Sequence record: NZ_CP096760.1
Direction: 5' to 3' (one strand)
Source of the DNA: a plasmid
Length of the DNA: 64,000 nt
Positions 40,693-49,737 of the stretch are shown in pieces. Position 1 is the stretch's first letter. Every line of letters begins with the position of its first letter. Made by a program: the position numbers and the translations under genes. The notes beneath the pieces are model-generated. The model was given only the letters and a program-made list of their open reading frames with translations. It was not told the DNA's origin and did not search any database.

Positions 40693-41331
40693 ATGTCAGT
40701 TGAATATTTAGAAATCGACCCAGGAGAGCTTTGGCCTAATCCTTGGAATTCAAACGTCGTATCACCTGAAAACGAGCGAAAAATCGAAGAAGGTATTAAA
40801 CGTCACGGTATGTTTAAGCCAATTATCGTTCGTACCCTTCTTGATGGCCGCTTACAGATCATTGGCGGTCAGCACCGAGCAATGATTGCTAAACGTCTTG
40901 GTCTACTCACTGTGCCGGTAATGAACCTTGGGCGCATTGACGAAGCCAGAGCAAAAGAGATCGGTCTAATCGACAACGGTCGTTATGGCGAAGATGACAT
41001 CGTTAAGCTCAACGAAATTCTTCATGATCTTGGCGGTATCGATGAATTGATCGATGTAATGCCTTGGTCAAGTGAAGAAATCGACATCTTCTCTAGCACT
41101 AATATAGCGCTGGACGCTCTAAGCGATCTCGATTCGCCATCAGAGGAAGTTGAATTACCCAAGACAACCAAAGTTCAAACTCACCAAATCATGCGTTTCA
41201 AGGTTCCGATCGAGGACGTAGACGCAATTACCAAACTCATCGAGAAGACCATTAAGGCACAGGGCTTTACCGAATCCGACAGCTTGACGAATGCAGGGGA
41301 TGCCTTGGTTTATCTCTTGGGAAGCAAGTAA
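40693..41331 (+). CDS. ParB N-terminal (ParB/Srx fold) domain protein
   Basis: IIGGQHRAMIAKRLGL (GxxR catalytic/CTP-binding-like motif). Confidence 0.7.
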   Translation: MSVEYLEIDPGELWPNPWNSNVVSPENERKIEEGIKRHGMFKPIIVRTLLDGRLQIIGGQHRAMIAKRLGLLTVPVMNLGRIDEARAKEIGLIDNGRYGEDDIVKLNEILHDLGGIDELIDVMPWSSEEIDIFSSTNIALDALSDLDSPSEEVELPKTTKVQTHQIMRFKVPIEDVDAITKLIEKTIKAQGFTESDSLTNAGDALVYLLGSK

Positions 41332-41347
41332 TGAAACCATATGAAGG

Positions 41348-41962
41348 ATGGGATGGCTAATGACCGATTTATCTCAAAAAGGGCAGGTTCGAATGTACCG
41401 ACGGGGTGGCCAATACCCTGTAGACCTTGAAGCAATCCAGTTTAATGGAAACAACGGCTCCGAAATTGAACTCTGGCTTGGGGTTCACTGCTCAACCCAA
41501 ATGAAAACAGTAGCCAGAGTAGGGGGAAATACTGATGAAGACTTTTCCCTTGTCATTCCCGGCATTGGTACAGCCGAGGCAGGTGATTACATCGCTAAAA
41601 ACCTAGATGGAACGGTGGTCATCCTCAAGCCAGACTATTTCGAGAGCGAGTTTCAGGAAGTTATCACTTTCAACACGCCTGAACAGGAACATGAAGGGGC
41701 GGTTCCCGAAGTAGATGACGGCGCCTTGAAGTTTTTGAAGAAGTTCTGCAATGGATACCGCATCGTTTCAACATGCGACCTAACAGAATTGCAGATTGCA
41801 GAAGCCAACGTAGAAGGTCGTCTCTATATCGAACCTGAAGGTGGCTTCGGATGGGTAGCGCTCCCTTGGGAATTAACTACCGTCAGGGATCGGCAACGCG
41901 AAAAGTTCTACCAGATCAACAAGCAGTTGATTGAGCAAACCGATACGCGGGTGGCCGAATGA
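41348..41962 (+). CDS. hypothetical protein
   Basis: 204-aa ORF between the two ParB-like genes. Confidence 0.45.
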   Translation: MGWLMTDLSQKGQVRMYRRGGQYPVDLEAIQFNGNNGSEIELWLGVHCSTQMKTVARVGGNTDEDFSLVIPGIGTAEAGDYIAKNLDGTVVILKPDYFESEFQEVITFNTPEQEHEGAVPEVDDGALKFLKKFCNGYRIVSTCDLTELQIAEANVEGRLYIEPEGGFGWVALPWELTTVRDRQREKFYQINKQLIEQTDTRVAE

Positions 41963-42609
41963 GCGAACTAAAAATCCAAATGTGGATTGTTGACGATGTA
42001 AAGCCTTACGAACTCAACGCCAAAATCCACAGTGAAGAACAAGTCGCCAAGATTGCCGAGTCGATTGCCCGCTTCGGTTGGGATCAACCCATTGTGGTAG
42101 ATAAAAATGGCGTAATCATCAAGGGGCATGGTCGCCGTCTTGCAGCCATCAAGTTAGGTTTAATCGAAGTACCTGTTCTGGTCCGCGATGACTTGAATGA
42201 AGAACAGGTGAAAGCTGCACGCTTGGCCGATAACCGAGTTGCCATTGGTGACATTGATGCCGACCTGCTCAAGCTGGAGCTGCAATCCATCAACATCGAG
42301 TTCCTTGAGGACATCTTCGACAGCAAGGAGCTGGAGTTCATGCAAGCCGACCTCTCCGAAATGAACGTCGATGTGATTGTTGATGATCTGGACAGCGCGG
42401 TAGCCGAGCAACAGCGCCATACGGCAAATGCAGTATCGGAATCGAACGAAAAACCTATCCGAATCGACAAGGTTTTAGGGTTCAGCGAAGTATCGGGCAA
42501 AGAATCACGTTCCATTCACTACTTTATGGCCATTGCAGAAGATGCAACTGGACTAGAAGGGAAGGACGCTTTCGTAACGTATATCAGCAAATTGGTGGAG
42601 AGCGCTTAA
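41959..42609 (+). CDS. second ParB N-terminal domain protein (paralog)
   Basis: IKGHGRRLAAIKLGL motif; acidic C-terminus. Confidence 0.7.
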   Translation: MSELKIQMWIVDDVKPYELNAKIHSEEQVAKIAESIARFGWDQPIVVDKNGVIIKGHGRRLAAIKLGLIEVPVLVRDDLNEEQVKAARLADNRVAIGDIDADLLKLELQSINIEFLEDIFDSKELEFMQADLSEMNVDVIVDDLDSAVAEQQRHTANAVSESNEKPIRIDKVLGFSEVSGKESRSIHYFMAIAEDATGLEGKDAFVTYISKLVESA

Positions 42610-43265
42610 TGGCTGTTTATAACATCGATGTCCGATACAAAACGTCAGTTGAGCGTACCGAACGTGTACTGGAAATTGCCGAGTCGTTCGGGTTGGGCTT
42701 AGATGCGAAGGAATTTGTGGTTTTCGATAACACGCCAATTGAAATCGAGCAGGGAGACATCGTTTACATCACTGGTCAGTCTGGTGGCGGTAAATCGACC
42801 CTGCTACGGAAGCTGGCGGAACAAATGGAACAAAGCGGCTTAAAAGTCGCTGACCTGAATGCCATTGAGCATGATGACCGTCCAATCGTCGACCAGATTG
42901 GCGAAACACTAAAAGACGCTCTGGATGTACTCACCATTGCCGGCATCACTGATGCCTATATCTGGCTAAACAAGTTTGATGCCCTCTCGGACGGCCAACG
43001 TTATCGCTTCAAACTGGCAAAACTGATTGAGAGCAAGGCGGACGTCTGGATTGCAGATGAATTTCTTGCCGTTCTTGATCGAACTGTTGCCAAAGTTGTT
43101 GCGTACAACATTCAGAAAATTGCCCGAAAACTCGGAACAACCGTACTGGTTGCCACAACGCATGACGACATGGTTGAAGACCTCAACCCAAGCCTCTTCA
43201 TTGATAAGCGATACCGCGAAAAAGTGGTAATCACCAAAGCACCTGAAGGATTTAAACAAGTATGA
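42609..43265 (+). CDS. soluble ABC-type ATPase
   Basis: Walker A GQSGGGKST. Signature-like LSDGQRYR. Walker B VWIADEF. H-loop ATTHD. No TMD. Confidence 0.65.
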   Translation: MAVYNIDVRYKTSVERTERVLEIAESFGLGLDAKEFVVFDNTPIEIEQGDIVYITGQSGGGKSTLLRKLAEQMEQSGLKVADLNAIEHDDRPIVDQIGETLKDALDVLTIAGITDAYIWLNKFDALSDGQRYRFKLAKLIESKADVWIADEFLAVLDRTVAKVVAYNIQKIARKLGTTVLVATTHDDMVEDLNPSLFIDKRYREKVVITKAPEGFKQV

Positions 43266-43684
43266 CTAATCGATCAAAAAAAGTTGTAACTAAAGACACT
43301 GTAGATGCTCATGAATTCGCGTCAGAAGCATCCGAAACTGTTGCAGAGCAAATCGTTCAAGCAGAAGTTGTGGAGCGTTCTGAGAGCGAACCAGCGCAAA
43401 CCAAGCGCACATTAACCCTATATTCTTCAACCGTCTGCTCACCTTGCAAGACCATCAAGCCGATTCTGGAAAAACAAATGCTAGGTCGCGCAACCGAATA
43501 CCATGTGCTGACCATTGATCCAAACAATATCGAACCTGAAATCAAACAGCAGTTTGAAGAAGCGGGCGTAACGCAAGTGCCTACCCTGATCTGCAAGGAA
43601 GATGGCAAAGAGGTAGGTCGTTTATCGGGATACAGTGGTGTTCGACCGCTACTCGATGTCTTGAAAGCTTGGGAAGTGATTTAA
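43262..43684 (+). CDS. thioredoxin-fold protein
   Basis: CSPC (CxxC) active-site motif in YSSTVCSPCKTIKP; 140 aa. Confidence 0.6.
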   Translation: MTNRSKKVVTKDTVDAHEFASEASETVAEQIVQAEVVERSESEPAQTKRTLTLYSSTVCSPCKTIKPILEKQMLGRATEYHVLTIDPNNIEPEIKQQFEEAGVTQVPTLICKEDGKEVGRLSGYSGVRPLLDVLKAWEVI

Positions 43685-43707
43685 CAAAGGGCGTTTAACG
43701 CCCTTAC

Positions 43708-44676
43708 TTGATTGAGAAAGGTATGGAAAAGGTTTTACTCGATACACCAGATATTCTCGTTACTCGTAAATCACCTAAGCAAAACCACAACCTGTCATTG
43801 CTCAAGGACATCATTGTGGAGCCGGGTGACAAGAGTGACTGGGACCTTCTGCACGAATTGCACTACAAGGCAGAAACGCTGCCGATCGGTTCAAGGTTCT
43901 GGAAAGTAACCCTGCATGGCAAGACCATTGGTGTCGGGATTCTGGCTGTTCCCAAAATGTTGCTTTCGGGTCGTAATGACTTGTTCAAATATCTACGTCC
44001 AAACGTCAACGGCAAGGATACCCGCCTGATCAATAAAAGTCGGGCTGAATGGCTAAACGAAAATGTCTGCACCAATAGCCGACTTGTACTGGACACCATC
44101 TACCGTGGTTGCGGGATTGCGTATCGTGCCCAAAATTTAATGATGCGCATGGTGGATAGAAAACATACCGAGTTCCAAAGCTCGATGTCGAAATTCAATC
44201 CATTCGCGGAAAGGGCAGGCATCAAGTTCACCCCGCCTAAGCAGGCGACCAATTATCAACGCGGTGTGGACTTCTTTGTGAAATGGTTTGAAACCAAGCA
44301 TCCGACAGATGTTGTGGGGATTCTGGAGGAGCTGAGCTCCAAACCCGAACCTATCAAAAAGAAGATCATCGCTGAAATGCGGAAGTTCTATTACCAATAC
44401 AGCTCTTTGGAAAAATCCGGCAATAACCGGCTGAATGGTTTTAGCCGTGTAGAGAGCATGCCTGTCGAAAAGCTGCTAAAGAACATTCAACAACTGGTTT
44501 TTGCGTCTCCGTTATATGGGGTCTATACCAATCCTGACTTGATCTACAAAGCCAAACATCCTGAGCACGAGATTCCCAAACGGGTATCAATTTTGGCATT
44601 TGACTGTCAGAAACCAGACGAACCCCTAAATGTTGAACTCATTAAATCAAGAGGGCTTTTATTCGAATGCAATTAG
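43708..44676 (+). CDS. hypothetical protein with possible N-terminal GNAT-like acetyltransferase domain
   Basis: RGCGIAYRAQNLM resembles GNAT motif A (R/QxxGxG/A); weak. Confidence 0.4.
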   Translation: MIEKGMEKVLLDTPDILVTRKSPKQNHNLSLLKDIIVEPGDKSDWDLLHELHYKAETLPIGSRFWKVTLHGKTIGVGILAVPKMLLSGRNDLFKYLRPNVNGKDTRLINKSRAEWLNENVCTNSRLVLDTIYRGCGIAYRAQNLMMRMVDRKHTEFQSSMSKFNPFAERAGIKFTPPKQATNYQRGVDFFVKWFETKHPTDVVGILEELSSKPEPIKKKIIAEMRKFYYQYSSLEKSGNNRLNGFSRVESMPVEKLLKNIQQLVFASPLYGVYTNPDLIYKAKHPEHEIPKRVSILAFDCQKPDEPLNVELIKSRGLLFECN

Positions 44677-44990
44677 GTCTAACCCCAAAACAGATCGAAT
44701 TACTGACAAAGATTCGCGATAAAAATCCAGACGGTTCTTTGCTCTCAATCGAACAGCTTCATGACGCCGTGAGTTACACCTGCACCCGACAAGCCATTAC
44801 ATGCAGCCTAAATTTTCTGATTAAAAGAGGCCTGATTGAGAAGAGCGGGCAAAACGTGGTGAGAAACGGGCGTAGATTTACGGTCGTCAGCATCAAGCCA
44901 TTGGGCGAGGAAATACTAAACGCCTATGTACCTTCGCTACGGCAGGTACTTGTAGAAAATGAGGATGAGGAAATTGAAAAAATCTTCTAA
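44667..44990 (+). CDS. winged-helix DNA-binding protein (MarR/ArsR-like)
   Basis: CTRQAITCSLNFLIKRGLIEKSG recognition-helix/wing pattern; weak. Confidence 0.4.
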   Translation: MQLGLTPKQIELLTKIRDKNPDGSLLSIEQLHDAVSYTCTRQAITCSLNFLIKRGLIEKSGQNVVRNGRRFTVVSIKPLGEEILNAYVPSLRQVLVENEDEEIEKIF

Positions 44991-45453
44991 GGTAAAAAGC
45001 GTTAAGAAAACCTCGCCAAGTTGGTTCCGCACTCCGTACAATCGCTTATGGTATGTTTTGGTCCAAGACCCAAAACAATTCTTGGCTATGGAAGATGAAA
45101 GCCATCATGCGCTTTACGAGATTGCTAAAGAGCATTTTCAGTCCCATTTTAAAGCCATCACTTTCTATGCCGCCAACAATTCGGGCGAGTTGATTGCCGC
45201 GATCTATTATCCGAGGATGTTTGACGCTGACGAAAATGAGGTACTAACCGTGCTTTGCCATGAGTGTGTTCACATATGGCAGGAATTCGCGGAAAGCCTA
45301 CATGAACACGAGCCTTCGCGTGAATTTGAGGCTTATACCATTGATGAGATTTTTGGAAACGTCCTGACTGAATACCGCAAGTTAGTGGAAATCAATAAAG
45401 CCCATACCGAGAGTAAAGCCATTAAACATAAAAAACAGCCCGACCTTGTTTAA
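44959..45453 (+). CDS. SprT-like zinc metallopeptidase-domain protein
   Basis: HExxH motif in VLCHECVHIWQEF, reminiscent of SprT/Wss1. Confidence 0.4.
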   Translation: MRMRKLKKSSKVKSVKKTSPSWFRTPYNRLWYVLVQDPKQFLAMEDESHHALYEIAKEHFQSHFKAITFYAANNSGELIAAIYYPRMFDADENEVLTVLCHECVHIWQEFAESLHEHEPSREFEAYTIDEIFGNVLTEYRKLVEINKAHTESKAIKHKKQPDLV

Positions 45454-45499
45454 TTCCGACATTTGGGTAATTTGGGTTTTCCGCAACTCTTCGAATAAT

Positions 45500-45525
45500 A
45501 TATTATTAATAAGTGCTTACTTTAT
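45500..45525 (+). promoter_or_regulatory. palindromic motif variant TATTATTAATAAGTGCTTACTTTATT embedded in about 110-bp imperfect palindrome (45461-45570)
   Basis: Flanking arms ACATTTGGGTAATTTGGGTTTTCCGCAACTCTTCGAATA / TATTCGGAAAACTGCGGAACTCCCAAATGT are inverted repeats. Confidence 0.45.
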
Positions 45526-45564
45526 TGTATTATTAATATATTCGGAAAACTGCGGAACTCCCAA

Positions 45565-45966
45565 ATGTCCCAAGTACAGGAAATCTTTCTTATCGGCGAA
45601 GATTTTGAGCCAGGCATCGTCGGAAATTCTGAAATTGATATTTTATTGGGCCATGACACGGCGATCTGTGGAGAGTTCGCAATCAGGAAGGAAGATGGCT
45701 ATACACACTGTCCGGACTATTGCGAGGATAAGAATATAACTTTCAGGGAGTTATACAAATTAAACTTACATCCACTCATCCTTCCAGCCAGCCATGAATC
45801 CTCCAAAAGACGCTCTAAAAAAGCTTTAGAGAAAGCCGAACAGCTTCAAGACAAGTTTGTTGCAGTCTTTATTCTTGGCTCTGAATTTTACGTAACCAGA
45901 CCATTTGAAAGTGAAAATACAGCACTAGCTTGCGTGCTTTGGTATGCGCTTGCTTATTACTCTTAA
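45565..45966 (+). CDS. hypothetical protein
   Basis: 133-aa ORF after palindrome. Confidence 0.4.
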   Translation: MSQVQEIFLIGEDFEPGIVGNSEIDILLGHDTAICGEFAIRKEDGYTHCPDYCEDKNITFRELYKLNLHPLILPASHESSKRRSKKALEKAEQLQDKFVAVFILGSEFYVTRPFESENTALACVLWYALAYYS

Positions 45967-45971
45967 ATAAA

Positions 45972-45996
45972 ATTATTAATAAGCGCTTATTATTTA
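45972..45996 (+). promoter_or_regulatory. palindromic motif variant AATTATTAATAAGCGCTTATTATTT
   Basis: 5 nt after stop of 45565..45966. Followed by GC hairpin+T8 at about 46068-46107. Confidence 0.4.
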
Positions 45997-46118
45997 CTTT
46001 TGGTTTTATTTTGCTTATCCTAGAGGCCATCGGACATGTTTGAAATGGTGCGTGTCTGACTTTTTAGAGGGCGCATATCATTTAGTAGCTGGTACGCGCC
46101 TTTTTTTTAGGTGATTGC

Positions 46119-46724
46119 ATGACTGAAGAAACAGCCAACAAACGCAGATACCCTTCAGCAAGTGCTTGGGCAGAAGCAGAGGCGTTATGGGCTTCTGGTG
46201 ATGTGACCCTAGAGGACTTAGCCAAGAAAGTCGGGGTAAGCGCAACTTCCGTTTCCCTTCACATGAAGAAGCGGAAAATCACGAAAGGGGAGAAGGCCAA
46301 GGAACATTCCGAGCGTATCTCCAAACAGGTCGCCGAAGATATTTTGTCAGAAGGGACCGTACATAGCCAAAGAATTAAGGAAACCAAAGAAGAACATTAC
46401 AAGATGGCGACGGGTCTAGCTCGCCTGACTTGGAATGAAATTGTCACTGCCAAGGCAAAGGGCGGTGCTTATGCGGCGATTCAACAAAATTTAAAAGCAC
46501 TAGAAATCGCTTCGAATGTTTTGGCAAAGATCCGCCAAGAACGGTACGCCGTTTTAGGTTTGGATAAGCCTGATGCTGTAGATGCTACTCAACTTCCGGA
46601 ATTGGTAATTGAAGAATTGACGGCCGATCAGGTTCAACAATTGAAAGAGCGTGATTTCAACAATGGTAATTACGACTTTGAAGATGAGGACATGTTAGAG
46701 CCATCAAATGATTCAGGGGAATGA
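46119..46724 (+). CDS. terminase small subunit (putative)
   Basis: HTH-like LEDLAKKVGVSATSVSLHMKKRK; position immediately upstream of TerL. Confidence 0.55.
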   Translation: MTEETANKRRYPSASAWAEAEALWASGDVTLEDLAKKVGVSATSVSLHMKKRKITKGEKAKEHSERISKQVAEDILSEGTVHSQRIKETKEEHYKMATGLARLTWNEIVTAKAKGGAYAAIQQNLKALEIASNVLAKIRQERYAVLGLDKPDAVDATQLPELVIEELTADQVQQLKERDFNNGNYDFEDEDMLEPSNDSGE

Positions 46725-46733
46725 TGGTTTTAG

Positions 46734-47978
46734 ATGGCAGATAAGGTTCGGCTTTCATTGCATCCAAAGCAAATGGAAGTCTATCTTTCAAATGCTCGAT
46801 TTCGCGTAGTGGTTGCTGGTCGCCGATGGGGTAAGACCAGCCTTTCGCGTACTCTGATTATCAGTAAAAGTAGAAAGCCAAGACAAAGAATCTGGTACGT
46901 AGCGCCAACTTACCGAATGGCAAAACAAATCATGTGGAAGGATTTGATTGAAGCCATTCCTAGGAAGTGGGTAGTTAAGATTAACCATTCAAGTCTATCT
47001 ATTGAACTTGTTAATGGCACCCTGATTGAACTTAAAGGCGCTGATGACCCAGACTCTTTGCGTGGTGTGGGTATCGATTTCTTGGTATTGGACGAATTCC
47101 AAGACATTAGCGAAGAGGCATGGACACAATGTTTGCGTCCTACCCTTGCCTCTACAGGTGGTCATGCCATCTTTATCGGCACACCTAAAGCATATAACCA
47201 GTTATATACCGTCTATATGCAGGGACAAGACCCGAAAAAGGTCAAAGCTGGCCAATGGCAGTCATGGCAGTTCCCAACCATTACATCTCCATTTATTCCT
47301 GAATCGGAAATTGAAGCGGCTAGAGCCGATATGGATGAGAAATCATTCAAGCAGGAATTTTTGGCTTCCTTCGAAACCATGTCTGGACGTGTTTATTACC
47401 CGTTTGATCGTAAGGAACATGTCGGGAAATATCCTTTTGATCCAAAACTGCCAATCTGGATCGGCATGGACTTTAACATCGACCCAATGAGTACCGTCAT
47501 CATGCAGCCGCAACCAAATGGCGAAGTTTGGGTGGTTGATGAGATTGTCCAGTTTGGCTCTAACACGGAAGAGATTTGTGAAGAGATTGAACGGAAATAC
47601 TGGCGGTATATGAAACAGATTGTCATTTTCCCCGATCCTGCTGGCGGTCAACGCCAACATGCTCGTGGTGAGTCCGACTTGGACATCATGCGCGAGAAGG
47701 GATTTAAGAAAATTCTTTACAGAAGAAAGCACCCTGCAATTGCCGACAGGGTAAATGCAGTTAACCGCATGTTGAGAACTGCGGATGGAACAGTTGCATT
47801 AAGGGTTGATGAAAAATGTAAGCATTTGATCAATTCATTTGAACAGACCATCTACAAACCAGGTGGACGTGATGTTGATAAATCAGGTGGTGTAGAACAC
47901 AGTGCCGACGCCATTGGATATGCAATCGAACACCAATTCCCACTTCGTAAGATTGAAATTAAAGGCGTTTCAATTTAA
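46734..47978 (+). CDS. terminase large subunit
   Basis: ATPase Walker A VVAGRRWGKT and LVLDEF. C-terminal nuclease region with conserved Asp residues. 414 aa. Confidence 0.85.
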   Translation: MADKVRLSLHPKQMEVYLSNARFRVVVAGRRWGKTSLSRTLIISKSRKPRQRIWYVAPTYRMAKQIMWKDLIEAIPRKWVVKINHSSLSIELVNGTLIELKGADDPDSLRGVGIDFLVLDEFQDISEEAWTQCLRPTLASTGGHAIFIGTPKAYNQLYTVYMQGQDPKKVKAGQWQSWQFPTITSPFIPESEIEAARADMDEKSFKQEFLASFETMSGRVYYPFDRKEHVGKYPFDPKLPIWIGMDFNIDPMSTVIMQPQPNGEVWVVDEIVQFGSNTEEICEEIERKYWRYMKQIVIFPDPAGGQRQHARGESDLDIMREKGFKKILYRRKHPAIADRVNAVNRMLRTADGTVALRVDEKCKHLINSFEQTIYKPGGRDVDKSGGVEHSADAIGYAIEHQFPLRKIEIKGVSI

Positions 47979-47982
47979 CCTA

Positions 47983-48010
47983 TATTATTAGTAAGCGCTT
48001 ACTAATATTT
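47983..48010 (+). promoter_or_regulatory. palindromic motif ATATTATTAGTAAGCGCTTACTAATATT (26-bp perfect palindrome)
   Basis: Between TerL stop and portal ATG 48024. Confidence 0.55.
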
Positions 48011-48023
48011 TGAAGGCGATAAG

Positions 48024-49694
48024 ATGACAACCGAACTATCCTCATACGACCGACATGCAATAAGTTCGACCGCTTCCTCAGAAGAAGCGAATGACCCTCT
48101 TGTACGTTTAGTATCACGTCGTCATCCACTATATGAAGCCATGTCCAAACACTGGATGTTTATGGATGACACCTATAGCGGTGGCAGAGAATGGTTTAAT
48201 CATCATATCTTCAAATACATCAAAGAGGGTGATGCCGAATTCAAGGATCGTATCTCACGCGCTTATCGTTTCAACCATACCCGCGAAGTTGTAGATTTAA
48301 TTAATAAATATTTATTCAAGCAGGAAATCACCCGCAATAAGGTAGATGCTCCTGCCGACGTGGTGAAGTTTTGGAAAAACTGCACCAAGAGCGGCTTGAC
48401 GATTAATGATTTCGTTCGCCAGATCAGTAAGAAAACCTCAATTTACGGTCGTATTGGGGTAGTTATTGATATGGATGCGGTACCAGAAGATCAAAGACCC
48501 TTAAACAAACGGGAAGAAAAGGAAGCTGGGCTATCTGCTTACGCCTACATCATCACTCCGCTTCAAATGCTGGATTATTCGTTTGATGATCACGGCAAAT
48601 TAAACTGGATGCTGATTCATGAAGTGGTTCGCGATGATGAGGATCCACTAAATTCAACAGGCAAGGCGATTCACCGCTTCCGCTTATGGACGAAAACGGA
48701 ATGGAAACTGTTCGAAAAGCAGAATGATGATCAGAACGGCAAGATTACGATTAAAGAGATTGATCGAGGTAGCAATACCATTGGTGAAGTCCCAATCATT
48801 CTGGCTGACAACATCATTTCAGACGAAGAATATTCTGCACCATCCCTGATCGATGACATCGCCTATCTGGACAGGGCGGTTGCCAATTATCTATCAAACC
48901 TTGACGCCATCATTCAGGACCAAACCTTCAGCCAGTTAGCCATGCCAGTACAAGGCATGCTGCCGGGCGATGAAAGCGAGAAAAAGCTCATTGAAATGGG
49001 CACCAAACGTCTCTTTACCTATGATGGGTCTGATGGCGCAAAACCTTACTACCTATCGCCTGATGTAAAGCAGGCTGACCTGATCATTCAAGTGGTCACC
49101 AAAATCATTAACGAAATCTATCACACCGTTGGGTTGGCCGGCGAAAGAACCAAACAGGATAACGCCGTAGGTATCGACAATAGTTCTGGTGTAGCTAAAG
49201 CCTATGACTTTGAACGGGTAAACGCATTGTTAGCAGCGAAGGCAGATAGCCTTGAAGCGATTGAAAACAAAATCGTTGATCTGGTTTGCAAACGTCATGG
49301 GGTCAAATTGAAGGAAGACAGCACTCCTTTAGTTTCATATCCAGATAACTTCGATACACGCGGCTTATACGACGAATTTGATATTGCTGCACGCCTGATG
49401 CTGATTGATGCACCAGAAACCATTCGCAGACATCAAATGGAGTCCATTGTTGAAAAGCTCTTTCCTCAATTAAGCAAGGCGTTGAAAGACGAAATGCTAC
49501 GCGACCTAAAGAACTGGCCGACAGACCCTTTGGAAGAGTTGACCAACAGAACTACCGATACGACGGGAGAGGGGAATCTAAAGCGTAACATTACACGCTC
49601 CTCTTCCGGCACACCAACCAAACCATCGTCCAATAGCTCAACAAAGGCGAACAAAAAAACTCGCCAAGGGCAAGTGACAGAATCAACAAGCTAA
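48024..49694 (+). CDS. portal protein (putative)
   Basis: 556-aa ORF directly after TerL; size/position typical. Confidence 0.65.
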   Translation: MTTELSSYDRHAISSTASSEEANDPLVRLVSRRHPLYEAMSKHWMFMDDTYSGGREWFNHHIFKYIKEGDAEFKDRISRAYRFNHTREVVDLINKYLFKQEITRNKVDAPADVVKFWKNCTKSGLTINDFVRQISKKTSIYGRIGVVIDMDAVPEDQRPLNKREEKEAGLSAYAYIITPLQMLDYSFDDHGKLNWMLIHEVVRDDEDPLNSTGKAIHRFRLWTKTEWKLFEKQNDDQNGKITIKEIDRGSNTIGEVPIILADNIISDEEYSAPSLIDDIAYLDRAVANYLSNLDAIIQDQTFSQLAMPVQGMLPGDESEKKLIEMGTKRLFTYDGSDGAKPYYLSPDVKQADLIIQVVTKIINEIYHTVGLAGERTKQDNAVGIDNSSGVAKAYDFERVNALLAAKADSLEAIENKIVDLVCKRHGVKLKEDSTPLVSYPDNFDTRGLYDEFDIAARLMLIDAPETIRRHQMESIVEKLFPQLSKALKDEMLRDLKNWPTDPLEELTNRTTDTTGEGNLKRNITRSSSGTPTKPSSNSSTKANKKTRQGQVTESTS

Positions 49695-49737
49695 GAGAAC
49701 AGCGAGATTTTAGCTAAGAGAACAGCGGAGACACATT

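Noticed and set aside
40693-43265. Classical ParAB plasmid partition system
   Set aside because: The ATPase has a canonical P-loop plus ABC signature rather than the deviant Walker A (KGGxxK[ST]) of ParA, and there are two ParB-N-domain genes. Retained only as an uncharacterised cluster.
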